Source of the DNA: a virus
Lineage: Duplodnaviria > Caudoviricetes
IMG/VR virus record: IMGVR_UViG_3300028048_000040
Location: 32,001-96,000 of that record
Reading direction: 5' to 3' (one strand)
DNA: 64,000 nt
In this document: positions 20,962-31,238 of the stretch, in pieces
How positions within the stretch are numbered: the first letter of the stretch is position 1
Layout of the letters: each line of letters begins with the position of its first letter
The notes under the pieces: generated by a model
What the model saw: the letters and a program-made list of their open reading frames with translations, nothing else
Databases searched by the model: none
What the model was told of the DNA's origin: nothing
Program-made: the position numbers and the translations under genes

Positions 20962-23900
20962 ATGGCAGTAGGCCAAGTATATTCCACTCCTGAAGAAGGA
21001 TGGAAACAAGTAAATTGTAACTTAAATCCTAATTTATATACCTTTGTTAATATGAACTATGGTGGCGATGGTAATGCTGCTAGTGGTGGTTTATGGTATC
21101 CTTCTCCTGGTGGAATGAATAAACTTAATTACCAGACTCCTCATAACCATGCATTTATGTTTTGTAACTTCACTGGTACTAAAATTAGAATCATTGGTTA
21201 CTCAACAAATACCAGTTCAACTTCAGAAATTGCATCTATTTATATTGATGGTAATTATGCTGGTAAATGGTATGTACCATCTGATAGATCTGTTGGTAAT
21301 ATTTACAGATTCTGTGGATATGAAAATACAAATCTGACTGATAAAGAACATACCTTGCTTATCGTTGTAGAACCAGAATCTGGTAGATGGCATTTCGATT
21401 GTCTTCACATTGGTGAAAATGCTAGTGTAATTAAATCTATTACATCTACACAGAATCCTTTTTCATTAACAGATGCTAATAAATGTATTTATGAATTAAA
21501 TAAAAATCAATTCAGAGCATTTACTGGTATGGATGATAAAGAAGCCAAGAAGATAAAAAATGGTACTATCATCACTGCTAAATATCTTGAAATCAATCCA
21601 ACTGTGTTTGGTATATTATCAGATATTAGAATTTCTAGCTCTCCAGTAGATAATGATGTCAGATCTGGTGAAGGTATTAATCTAGAGACTAAACCATATT
21701 TTGATTTCTATACAACTCCAGAAGATCCTGATGTATATGAGCTTAAAGGTACTAATGTAGTATTTAAGACTACTAGAGGTCTTAAAGAGACAAATGGTGT
21801 TACAGAAACTATTGATCCTTCTAAATATCAAGAAGTGATTGACGTAGATTATACTAATAAGAAACTTTCAGTAGTTCCTAAGAATGCAGTATTGAAGACT
21901 AAACAATTGATTCCAGTAGATGATACTTTCTCTGGTATTAAATGTACATTTACTCATAGTGATATGAGTATTAAGTATCTCATATCTTTAGATAATGAAA
22001 ACTTCTTCACTTATGATGCTACGGAAGCTACATGGATGGCTGCTTCTATTGATGAAATTGACGAAAAAGGCATTACCGATTTTTATACAATTCCATATGC
22101 AGATATGGTTACATTCTTTGGTGGATATGATAAAGTTGGTATAGTAATGAAGCTATATGTGGAAGATCCAAATGATGTTGCATTCTATAGTATGACAGAT
22201 AGAAAATTCTCAGGATTTAAATTCACTACAGGAGATCCTGCTCTCTGTAGAGTAGAATCCTGTGTAAGGGATGTAAACTTCTATGTCAATGATATAGGAG
22301 GATCTTATAATGGGAATGAGAAATCTCTTATCTGTGATACTGTATTGAGCAAAGGTATCAACTGGACTAAAGTTAATGACTTAAATAGATCTTACTCTGA
22401 ATATAGTGATTCTGACGTTATCACCACTATTGGTTATGATGTAACCTATTCAGATTATGATGTTCAGGCGGCTCTTAGATTGCTTACTACTGAAGATTAT
22501 AATACTTATGTATTAGATCCAGCAAATGCTGCTAAGCTCAATCCATCAAAAGATGTAGCTACTTGGGTAGATAATGGGGCTAATCTGACTAATAATGAAG
22601 ATTTCAATGCTCTTGGCGATTCTACTCTTACTATTACTCATGCTACTGCAGATAAAAATACAGTATATGATAATATTGGTATTCGTCCTCAGCTGTTCTT
22701 TAACACCAGATCTAAGGTATATCATAGATTCGATTCTGAAACTTATCTACCAGTAGTAAGAAAGGTTAAAGATCTTGAACCTGGTAAAGCAATTGCTTGC
22801 TCTTATACTGCTACCACTTCTGGTGTAGCTGCAGGAGCTGAAGGATTTGCTATTGGTAAGAATGGTAAATCTCTATTACCAGACTATGGTCTTACTACTC
22901 CAGATGGATACTTCTATTTCATCTGTGTAGGTTATGCTCCTTCTGGTGCATTAAAATGTATTGCAGATAGAAATATTCAGACCAATATCTCTTGGGAAGC
23001 ATTGAATGATAAAGGTTACTGTGTAACTTCTGGTGTACCTCTCAAATTTGGTTCTGCTAAGAACTGCTTACTGAGACTTCCAAACACTGTATCTGAAAAT
23101 ACATCTGGCTGGGATAATCTTGGTGAATGGGATGCTTGTATTTCTTATTATGGTCAGCATGGTATTAATCCATCTTCCAATGCAGTATGGAATGCATCCT
23201 CAAGATATTCTTGGACTCTTGTAACTCCACAAGGAGCAATGGCTAATCGTATTGTTCGTGGTTATCAAGATGAGAGTACTGTTGCAAATACATATGCTCA
23301 GAATGCTACTATGGTAGAAACATATGGTGGTGGTACTGATAGAGTATCTACTTATGTTGGTGCTGATGTTGGTTTCCGTCCAGTTATTGAAATTCAGACT
23401 TATGTAGATGAATCTCAGATTACTACATATCCTGAATGCTATCTTGATATTGCTCCTTCTATTGGTGCTTGTAAACCTGGTCAAGCAATAGTATGTGAAT
23501 ATAGACAAGATACTGCTAATGTGGCTGGTGCTGCTAATGCATTCAGCTTTAATCCAGATTCTTCTAAAGATCCTATTGCTGATCCTGCTCCAGATACACC
23601 AAATGGTAAATTCTATTTCGTATGTGTAGGATATGCTCCATCTGGTGCTAAGAAGTTTGTTGCTGATAGAAATATCCAGACAAATGTATCTTGGGAAGAT
23701 CTTAATGACAAAGGATACTGTGTAACTTCTGGTGTTGATGTATCAGAACAGACTGGATTTGAAAAGTCTCTTATGAGATTAATGGTATCTGATGTTACCA
23801 ATTATAATATGCGTCTTGAATCTTCTGAATGGGATGCTATTATAATGAGAGAGAACATTGGTAATACCGATGTATCTGCTGCTGGTTGCAATTACTGGAA

Positions 23901-24645
23901 TATGAAGAAATCCTTAAGCTGGATGCTCAATACTCCTCATGACGTAAACGCTTCTGGTAACGTAGGTAAAATGAGTGATCGTGTTGTTCGTGGTAAAGAA
24001 ACTATTGATTATGGTGATGAACCAAACATGATGTCTGATTCTCAAGTAAGATCTGCATCTATTGGTTTCCGTCCTGTACTTGAAGTAAGAATCGAAGGTA
24101 AAACTGCATACCATAATTGCAAGATTAATACTACTCGTGTATCTGAAAAGAACCCAGAAAATCTATTCATTGGTATTGATGGTTCTTATGAATTCTTTGA
24201 TGAACGTCAAAGTGCTGCTAATGCGTCTATGACCATGTTTATTAATAATGATTTTGAGAACCCAGACTTCAATCCTGAAATGAGTGATGAAGATCGTACT
24301 TATCATTATGACTTACCAATCTCTATGCTAGAATATGGTGACAACGTAATCAAGATTGTATTAAGCACATTTACTAGAGGGACAGATAAGAGTGGTAATG
24401 AAACCATTGAAGATAAAGTAGATAATGAATTCGAATATCATATCTTCAAAGAATATCTCAAGAAACCAGAATGTCAGACTAAGATGAGAGAACTTGAATC
24501 TTATACTGCTGGTTTTGATATGGGTAATGGTTTAACCATCGAAAGTAATACTGTTGTTAATAATGGTAAAGTAAAATCTACTGAATCTCCAGAAGAGATA
24601 CTGATTCCTGCTAATACCATTAAGATTACATTTAGTGCTGAGTAA
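20962..24645 (+). CDS. Large tail protein with repeated GFRPV-ending (C-type-lectin-like) domains
   Basis: Two close repeats FYF(I/V)CVGYAPSGA.K..ADRNIQTN.SWE.LNDKGYCVTSG...EWDA...W...R(I/V)VRG...GFRPV, plus a degenerate copy ending GIRPQ. Confidence 0.65.
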   Translation: MAVGQVYSTPEEGWKQVNCNLNPNLYTFVNMNYGGDGNAASGGLWYPSPGGMNKLNYQTPHNHAFMFCNFTGTKIRIIGYSTNTSSTSEIASIYIDGNYAGKWYVPSDRSVGNIYRFCGYENTNLTDKEHTLLIVVEPESGRWHFDCLHIGENASVIKSITSTQNPFSLTDANKCIYELNKNQFRAFTGMDDKEAKKIKNGTIITAKYLEINPTVFGILSDIRISSSPVDNDVRSGEGINLETKPYFDFYTTPEDPDVYELKGTNVVFKTTRGLKETNGVTETIDPSKYQEVIDVDYTNKKLSVVPKNAVLKTKQLIPVDDTFSGIKCTFTHSDMSIKYLISLDNENFFTYDATEATWMAASIDEIDEKGITDFYTIPYADMVTFFGGYDKVGIVMKLYVEDPNDVAFYSMTDRKFSGFKFTTGDPALCRVESCVRDVNFYVNDIGGSYNGNEKSLICDTVLSKGINWTKVNDLNRSYSEYSDSDVITTIGYDVTYSDYDVQAALRLLTTEDYNTYVLDPANAAKLNPSKDVATWVDNGANLTNNEDFNALGDSTLTITHATADKNTVYDNIGIRPQLFFNTRSKVYHRFDSETYLPVVRKVKDLEPGKAIACSYTATTSGVAAGAEGFAIGKNGKSLLPDYGLTTPDGYFYFICVGYAPSGALKCIADRNIQTNISWEALNDKGYCVTSGVPLKFGSAKNCLLRLPNTVSENTSGWDNLGEWDACISYYGQHGINPSSNAVWNASSRYSWTLVTPQGAMANRIVRGYQDESTVANTYAQNATMVETYGGGTDRVSTYVGADVGFRPVIEIQTYVDESQITTYPECYLDIAPSIGACKPGQAIVCEYRQDTANVAGAANAFSFNPDSSKDPIADPAPDTPNGKFYFVCVGYAPSGAKKFVADRNIQTNVSWEDLNDKGYCVTSGVDVSEQTGFEKSLMRLMVSDVTNYNMRLESSEWDAIIMRENIGNTDVSAAGCNYWNMKKSLSWMLNTPHDVNASGNVGKMSDRVVRGKETIDYGDEPNMMSDSQVRSASIGFRPVLEVRIEGKTAYHNCKINTTRVSEKNPENLFIGIDGSYEFFDERQSAANASMTMFINNDFENPDFNPEMSDEDRTYHYDLPISMLEYGDNVIKIVLSTFTRGTDKSGNETIEDKVDNEFEYHIFKEYLKKPECQTKMRELESYTAGFDMGNGLTIESNTVVNNGKVKSTESPEEILIPANTIKITFSAE

Positions 24646-24659
24646 GGAGGGGAATTGAA

Positions 24660-26414
24660 ATGAGTAGACTTTGTGCATTTAGATCTTCTTTGGTACCTCA
24701 GTACTATGTATTCAATGATGATAAAACTGCTTTAATTCCTATTAAGTTTAATCCATCTGATCCTATTTATGCTGCTTGGATGGATCCTAATGAACTTAAT
24801 AATCTTACTGAAGAGCAGTGTGTTAAAGTAGCTGGGTACTATCTCGAACTATATTCTGATATAGAAGATGATGTATATAATGTGACTATGGAGAATTATG
24901 ATATTCTCCAAACAACCGATAAATCACATTTTATACTTAGTGGATTCGGTGGAATTCTTGGTATGAAATTTGCTGATACTAGTACAACCTGCCATATTAT
25001 TCTGAGTTTTGACAATAGACAAACTTGGGTATATTATGATTCTGTTACTGGCGAATGGAAGAAAACATTCTTATCTAGAATTCATACTTCTCAATCTAAT
25101 ACTATTCAACAGGTCAATAACTTTGGTGAAGCTATCTTTGCTAAAATATTCAAGAAACATTGTAATTTAGATTATGCAATTGCTATTGAGAATTCAGAGC
25201 ATGTTGGTTCAGTTACTCTATCTCTTCCTGATAACTATGGTCCTACTATCATTGCATTAGATATCACTGGTGATGAAGATGGAGACGACCAAATTTCAAC
25301 TCATGAAAAGAAAGTCAATGTATTTGCCCATATAGATGATCCAGAAGGAGACGACGTCTTTTATGAAATTAGACGTAAATTTAAAGGAAAAGAAATGGAA
25401 GGATTTAATGGAGTTCCTCCAATTGAATCTGGTAAATGTAATCCTTACGCTAATGGCAAATACTATTATACTATCGATCCAAAGAATTTTGAAATAGGTA
25501 TGAATGAGATCATCTTTGTCTTTACTGATGAAAAAGGAGACAGTAACCAAGCTTCTATTTTCATCAATAAGATAAATACCGATGCTGTTATCTCTTTATC
25601 TGTATTTAGAGATAAACTCACCTATTCTATAGTAGATGAAGATTCAGATAAAGGAAAGTATAGAATTCGAATCAATGATGTAGATATCTTGACACCAGGA
25701 TATGTTCCTGCTGAAAAACCAGGTATTGATTCTAATGGGGATGCAGCTGGAACACAAGAAGAACCTATTAAACTTGAAGATGATATGGTCACTGGTTGGT
25801 CAGAAATTATGGATGTTCCTATAGAAGTTACAGACAATAATCCTATGCAGATTCCTTGGGATAAGATCAAATTTGGTGTGATTAATACAATAACCATAGA
25901 ATTCCAAGAAGAGTTCTATAATGCTGTCAAATTAAAATCATCTGTAGACTTTATTGGTACTTACTTTGGTATACTGTTTGTTGATCCAGCAGAACCATTC
26001 TATATCAATAATGATCCTACTAAACCTAATATCAATCATTATTATTCCACATCTCTTGGAGAAGTGCTTAAGAAGATCCAGCTTGGTGGTGTAACTCATA
26101 CTCAGAATTCTAAGACTGTCGAAGTAGGTGTTATTAACCTTAGTGGTGAAAAGATATCTCAGGCAGTTATTAATGGATTCACTAATAAAGATGAAAACTA
26201 TAGAGTATCAGTTTCAACTTCTGAAACATTTAATCCATTGAGTGATAATCTGACTATTCATTTTGATAATATAGATAATTATGATCCAACTGCAGAAAAA
26301 CCTGATATGAGAAGATTCTATGTGAAGTTATTCTCATTAGATACAGTAAATGCAGATGTGGATGACATGATTACTGTAAAAACAAATGAAGAGTCTACGA
26401 GCAATAATAGCTAA
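24660..26414 (+). CDS. Tail/baseplate-associated structural protein
   Basis: SFDNRQTWVYY...W motif shared with the LamG paralog C-termini; DPEGD Ig-like segment. Confidence 0.55.
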   Translation: MSRLCAFRSSLVPQYYVFNDDKTALIPIKFNPSDPIYAAWMDPNELNNLTEEQCVKVAGYYLELYSDIEDDVYNVTMENYDILQTTDKSHFILSGFGGILGMKFADTSTTCHIILSFDNRQTWVYYDSVTGEWKKTFLSRIHTSQSNTIQQVNNFGEAIFAKIFKKHCNLDYAIAIENSEHVGSVTLSLPDNYGPTIIALDITGDEDGDDQISTHEKKVNVFAHIDDPEGDDVFYEIRRKFKGKEMEGFNGVPPIESGKCNPYANGKYYYTIDPKNFEIGMNEIIFVFTDEKGDSNQASIFINKINTDAVISLSVFRDKLTYSIVDEDSDKGKYRIRINDVDILTPGYVPAEKPGIDSNGDAAGTQEEPIKLEDDMVTGWSEIMDVPIEVTDNNPMQIPWDKIKFGVINTITIEFQEEFYNAVKLKSSVDFIGTYFGILFVDPAEPFYINNDPTKPNINHYYSTSLGEVLKKIQLGGVTHTQNSKTVEVGVINLSGEKISQAVINGFTNKDENYRVSVSTSETFNPLSDNLTIHFDNIDNYDPTAEKPDMRRFYVKLFSLDTVNADVDDMITVKTNEESTSNNS

Positions 26415-26447
26415 CCTAAGCAATACAATGCAAAGGAGAGAATAATA

Positions 26448-28322
26448 ATGGCAGTATATACAAATAATCTTGCGGTCGAAGCTTCTATAATTGACCCTAT
26501 TACCAAAGTAGTACCTGTATATCCTGTTAAGGATGCATATCTTTCTCAAGCAGAACCTGTGTTTCCACATGGTATACAGAAATCTTTGATTCTGAATAAC
26601 TCTACAGAGCAAGATTTTGTTGGTAATAAAATCATAATGGCATTTGATGTGCCAAAACTAAAAGACCCTCAATATGAGAATCTAATTTCTGTTACATTGG
26701 AACTCCAATGTATCACTACTCCAAAAAGAGATGTAAATATTGGTATTAAATATCATATTGATAATGACTGGATTGAAGATGGTACTACTTGGTTAGGTCA
26801 ACCTGAAGACGATCCAGAGTATATTCAGATGAAGACTTTATCAGCAAATGAAAAATTACTGGTATATGATCTTACTGATTTATTTACTTCTCATAATAAT
26901 ACAGAGTTCCATTTACCACTTACTATAATGGAGCAAGAATCTAATACAACTCAGCGCAAGGTTCAGTTCTATTCTAGAGAAGCAGGCACTAGATATTCTC
27001 CAGTACTCAAAATAACTTATGCATATTTTGCAGAGATGATGGATGCTAAAAAGATAGATGGTACTGTTAAAATTAGAAGATATGTTCCTGATAACAATGT
27101 ATTTCCACCAGTAAAACCTCCAGAACTTCCAGGTACTCTTGAAATAGAAGGCGGTATATCTAGCAGCTATTTCCCAGCTAAGGATACTATTCCTGGTGTT
27201 ATTGGTATTACAACATTTGATGATCATAAAGATCTAGAAGGTACTTTGGTTGTAAGAAAAAATATTTACAACTTTATGCCTGATATTGATAAACTTCCTG
27301 GTACTGTTACTATTAGACGCTATTCTGACCATAAATTCAAAGGTAAAGTAGACGTTAATATTTATATTACTAGAAAAGGTTTCCCAAAAGTAGATGACCC
27401 ACCAGCTAGATTACCTTCAGATGGTAGATGGGTTCAACCTCTCTCAATTCCATATCTTAAAGGTAAAATAGCCATCACTATATTTGATGGTAATAAAGAT
27501 CTTAATGGTGAAGTTAGAGTTGCTAGACCTGCATATCTCAATGGTCATATACTAACACCTAAATATCATGCTGTCCTTGATTCTTCAGTAGAACTTCCTA
27601 GTGAACTTGATGGATCACCAAAAGATTGGGATAAGTATGTTCATGCTAATGACTTTACTGGTGTAGTTACAGTTAGACGTAATGTTCCTAACGATACTGA
27701 AGACGCTCCAGAAATAACTGATGGTCATGTGTCTATAGCTAAATACTTTGCTATCCTTGATCCTTCAATAGAACTTCCTAGTGAACTTGATGGAAAGCCA
27801 GAAGAACACTTTAGATATGTTCATGCTAATGATTTTGCAGGCACAGTTAATATTAGACGCAATGTTCCTAATGCTAAAGAAGATGCTCCAGAACTTAATG
27901 GTGTAGTAGCAATTACAACCATTAATGATACTAAAGATTTTGAAGGTGTAGTAAGAATAAGAGATTATGATTACTTCCCACCGAAGAAAGATAAAGAAGG
28001 CAATCCAATAGTTCCTGGTAATATTACTATCCATGAATACTTTGTACCTGATCCTGAAGCTGAACCTCCAGTAGAAGCTCCAGAACTTAATGGTCATATT
28101 CTGGTCATTGGTCATAGATATGAAGATCTTGGTGGTCATATTAGTATACCAGATAAGAAAGATTTGAATTGCCATCTCAAAACTAGAGCTAGAAGATTTG
28201 CTGATCTTCCTCCAACTCCTCATAGAGATCCAGTAACAGGTGAAATGGTTCCTGGTGCATTACCTGGTAAGATTACTATAGACAGTGCTTCTAATGGAGC
28301 ATATGCTTTCATTATAGTATAA
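26448..28322 (+). CDS. DNRLRE/CBM96-like domain protein with repeat stalk
   Basis: KDAYL...AFDV...W.E...TW..QP...FYSRE...P.L.ITY, then DL-x-G-x-V-x-I repeats. Confidence 0.65.
   Translation: MAVYTNNLAVEASIIDPITKVVPVYPVKDAYLSQAEPVFPHGIQKSLILNNSTEQDFVGNKIIMAFDVPKLKDPQYENLISVTLELQCITTPKRDVNIGIKYHIDNDWIEDGTTWLGQPEDDPEYIQMKTLSANEKLLVYDLTDLFTSHNNTEFHLPLTIMEQESNTTQRKVQFYSREAGTRYSPVLKITYAYFAEMMDAKKIDGTVKIRRYVPDNNVFPPVKPPELPGTLEIEGGISSSYFPAKDTIPGVIGITTFDDHKDLEGTLVVRKNIYNFMPDIDKLPGTVTIRRYSDHKFKGKVDVNIYITRKGFPKVDDPPARLPSDGRWVQPLSIPYLKGKIAITIFDGNKDLNGEVRVARPAYLNGHILTPKYHAVLDSSVELPSELDGSPKDWDKYVHANDFTGVVTVRRNVPNDTEDAPEITDGHVSIAKYFAILDPSIELPSELDGKPEEHFRYVHANDFAGTVNIRRNVPNAKEDAPELNGVVAITTINDTKDFEGVVRIRDYDYFPPKKDKEGNPIVPGNITIHEYFVPDPEAEPPVEAPELNGHILVIGHRYEDLGGHISIPDKKDLNCHLKTRARRFADLPPTPHRDPVTGEMVPGALPGKITIDSASNGAYAFIIV
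27558..27917 (+). repeat. In-frame tandem duplication, 180-nt (60-aa) period
   Basis: tagaacttcctagtgaacttgatgg and tatgttcatgctaatga recur 180 nt apart. Confidence 0.8.
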
Positions 28323-28447
28323 CTCTGTTCAATTTTATTAACATTCCTAGGGATATATAATCCCTAGGATTGTTTTCTTAGACATGTGAATAAAGAGAGG
28401 TTTCTCTTTATGCATAAATAGAAACAATTATAAGGAGGTAACGTAAT

Positions 28448-28930
28448 ATGGCTGCTCCGTCTATTACAGTTGTTAATGCTGCAACTAATACTACTATACC
28501 TAATTGGTCTGTAGGTGTTGTTAAAGCAAATAATAGTTCTACTGTTCTTTCAATTCAGATTTGGAATAATCGTGGTGGTAGTACTGATCTGGCTGATCTT
28601 AGAGATGCATCTATTACTTCACTTGATATTGATGGTGGTAATTCTTCTGATCCAGTTGCTAATAAATGGTTACATGTAAATGTACCACAGATGGATGGTG
28701 CTTCTTCTTGGACTCCTGTTGGTGGTACTAGTACTAAATTTATTCGTGGTGATACAGTTACTGCTACTGAAGGCAATATTATCAAAGGTACTGCTAATGA
28801 TGGTAATGCTTCTACCACAGCATCTAAAGTAAACTATACTACAGTAAATCTAAGAGTAGATGTTCCTGTGAATGCTACTCCAAATACTTATAACTTTAAG
28901 ACCAGAATTAATGGTTACTATGTTGGTTAA
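28448..28930 (+). CDS. Structural protein (paralog family with 17335 and 28945)
   Basis: WSVGVVKA...IWNNRGG..D..DLR...KW..VNV...WTP.GG...IIKGT.N.G; GACA-N6-TA at 28381-28392. Confidence 0.7.
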   Translation: MAAPSITVVNAATNTTIPNWSVGVVKANNSSTVLSIQIWNNRGGSTDLADLRDASITSLDIDGGNSSDPVANKWLHVNVPQMDGASSWTPVGGTSTKFIRGDTVTATEGNIIKGTANDGNASTTASKVNYTTVNLRVDVPVNATPNTYNFKTRINGYYVG

Positions 28931-28944
28931 TGGAGGTGACTTAA

Positions 28945-29415
28945 ATGGGTCCACTAATCGGCATATATAATGAAGCTAATTCTGCTCTACAGGCTACATG
29001 GGATGTAGGTATTGTTAGAGCACAAATTCCATCTGATGAATTGACTATCAATATTTGGAATAATAGAACTGGTGCTACTGATGTATCTGATTTAAGAGAA
29101 CCTATGCTTGCTGTTTTAGATTCTAATGGTCTAACTTCAGATACAGCAGTTCCTAAAGATAAATGGGTTCAGGTTAATGTAGAATCAGTAGATGGTAATA
29201 CAACTACTTGGACTCCTATTGGCGGTACTGTTACTAAATTACTAAGAGCTAATGATTTAGTAACCGAGGATATTATTAAAGGTACTATGAATAATGGTGA
29301 TCCTCTTCTGTTTCCACAGAATGTATGTACTACTAAGCTTAGAATTGTTGCTCCTCTCAATTCTATTCCTGGTGATTTCTCTTTCAAAATTAGACTTACT
29401 GGTTACTTTACCTAA
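28945..29415 (+). CDS. Structural protein, tandem paralog of 28448
   Basis: Colinear similarity to 28448 over its whole length. Confidence 0.7.
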   Translation: MGPLIGIYNEANSALQATWDVGIVRAQIPSDELTINIWNNRTGATDVSDLREPMLAVLDSNGLTSDTAVPKDKWVQVNVESVDGNTTTWTPIGGTVTKLLRANDLVTEDIIKGTMNNGDPLLFPQNVCTTKLRIVAPLNSIPGDFSFKIRLTGYFT

Positions 29416-29503
29416 TATTATCCTCTACCCATATTGGGTAGAGGATTTTTAATTATCCTATAAACTTCTAAGTAATCATTTATTTATTATAGGGGGTATC
29501 CAT

Positions 29504-30196
29504 ATGTTAGAAGTTTGTAAATCTCCATTGGAAGCAGAAGGTCAGAATTATATTTGGTTTGCCATTAATAAAAATGGTAAAAGTATTTATGAATATAATG
29601 ATAATTGGGATAAGAAAGATTTTACTAAAGACGTATATGAACCTAGATATTTCATGAATACTTTAGGATTGATTGGTAAAGGATCTCTTTATACAATGGA
29701 CTTAGATATTTTAAGTAAAGAAGATATTGAGTCTAATATGTTTGCTCATCATGCTATGTATGGAGAGAAAACAAGTTTAAATTTACCTAAAGTATTTTTA
29801 GCTCATGCTACTTATCCAGTAGAAGTATTTTCTTTATCTACTCCTAATATGACTATTTCTAATCCTAAAGATGATATCTTTGTAAGAAAGTATGTTCATT
29901 GTGATCTTAAAGTAGTAAAAAATAAAGAAAGTACAGCTCATTCAATGATTGACTATTATGCTTTAGGATATTCTAATCATATAGAAATGAATGGGGCTAC
30001 TATTAGATATGCACTGATGCTATGTATTCCTAATGATGATGACAGAGATCCTTTCTATAAGATTCAACTTACTTCTACTAAAGATATTAATGTAGATTTG
30101 TATGCTACTCCACATATATTCTGTATTACAGATCCTCATAAGACTATAGAACTTAAAGCACATCAGAGATCTGAATTTGATTATCGTTTAGGATAA
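29504..30196 (+). CDS. Hypothetical protein, paralog of 18009
   Basis: SPL...YIWFA...G..IYEYN...DF....LGLIGKG...IDYY.LG...PFY. Confidence 0.6.
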   Translation: MLEVCKSPLEAEGQNYIWFAINKNGKSIYEYNDNWDKKDFTKDVYEPRYFMNTLGLIGKGSLYTMDLDILSKEDIESNMFAHHAMYGEKTSLNLPKVFLAHATYPVEVFSLSTPNMTISNPKDDIFVRKYVHCDLKVVKNKESTAHSMIDYYALGYSNHIEMNGATIRYALMLCIPNDDDRDPFYKIQLTSTKDINVDLYATPHIFCITDPHKTIELKAHQRSEFDYRLG

Positions 30197-30514
30197 AAAA
30201 TAAGAGAGGTTTGAGTGGATAGATATAAATTTTGTCTACCGAACCTCTCTTGATTAAGCATCATCCTCCATTTCTTGACAAAGTTTGTCATAAATGTAAT
30301 TATCAATAGTCCAGCTTATAGTGCTATCCACAACACTATGAGGATCTAATGATACTTGAAACAACACCAACCCCTTCTCCACTATGTTATGCTGGGAAAT
30401 TTCGTTATGCACTACCTCGTTAATCGTAGCATTACTCAATTTTTAACTTAGTTTACGATAAATAACACGCTTCTAATATCATCATAAATATTTCCCCTTT
30501 ATCTATCCACTCAT
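30195..30514 (-). ncRNA. Candidate ~320-nt structured early RNA
   Basis: Own promoter at 30519-30526, terminator at 30195-30251, perfect 14-bp 5'/3' complementarity (30500-30513 with 30212-30225), several internal hairpins, no convincing SD-led long ORF. Confidence 0.45.
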
Positions 30515-30563
30515 ATAAATAGTATATGTTTATTTTTTCTTTTACTCAATTTGAGGTGATATA

Positions 30564-31196
30564 ATGGAACAACAAGATACCAGTTATATCGGGAAATTTG
30601 TCAAAGCACATGCAATTGATTTAGTCTTTCTACTAATCTTACTAATAGTATTATACTTCTTATATCAAATGAAATTAGATAATGATAAACTAAGACAAGA
30701 ATTATCTACTAAACCAGTAGTAATGACTCCTCAACAAGCTACCGACTCAAATTATCTAAGAAATAAATTAGATATGGAGAAGAAAGATGCTGAGAAAACT
30801 ACAGTAATCATAGAAAAGGCCCAACAAGGGCAAATACAACCACAGGGTACTGTAGTAGTACAGGCACCCTCTGTTGAGAAGGCTGTAGAGCGGGTTTATG
30901 AAAAAATAGAGAAAAAGGATCCAACTATGGCTCCAGAAGCCCTAGAGAAATCTGACAAAACGATAGTTGCTCCACAACCAGAAAATGAAGATTATAAAGT
31001 AGGAGTTTATAAGATAGATTTACAAAAGAAAAACTCTATTGGTATAGGTGTTGGACAACATGACGGAAAAACATATATTCCAGTATCATATGAAAGAATG
31101 TATGCTAGAAATAAAGCAATAGAAATACAGATTAACTATGATATGAATGATAGAAAAGTAGCTGGTGGACAAGTAATGCACAAATGGTTCTTCTGA
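30564..31196 (+). CDS. Membrane-spanning lysis-type protein (N-terminal TMD, coiled coil, 4 C-terminal amphipathic beta-strands)
   Basis: LVFLLILLIVLYFLY TMD; C-terminus SIGIGVGQH/TYIPVSYER/AIEIQINYD/GGQVMHKWFF. Confidence 0.55.
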   Translation: MEQQDTSYIGKFVKAHAIDLVFLLILLIVLYFLYQMKLDNDKLRQELSTKPVVMTPQQATDSNYLRNKLDMEKKDAEKTTVIIEKAQQGQIQPQGTVVVQAPSVEKAVERVYEKIEKKDPTMAPEALEKSDKTIVAPQPENEDYKVGVYKIDLQKKNSIGIGVGQHDGKTYIPVSYERMYARNKAIEIQINYDMNDRKVAGGQVMHKWFF

Positions 31197-31238
31197 CAAA
31201 GTATATCCCTGATGGTCTAAGACCATCAGGGTGAATTA

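Noticed and set aside
20962-24645. Active diversity-generating retroelement in this window
   Set aside because: No reverse transcriptase and no adenine-specific template/variable repeat pair seen.
30254-30439. 61-aa ORF as a real gene
   Set aside because: TTG start without SD and out of frame with the SD-led ATG; left unresolved inside the ncRNA candidate.
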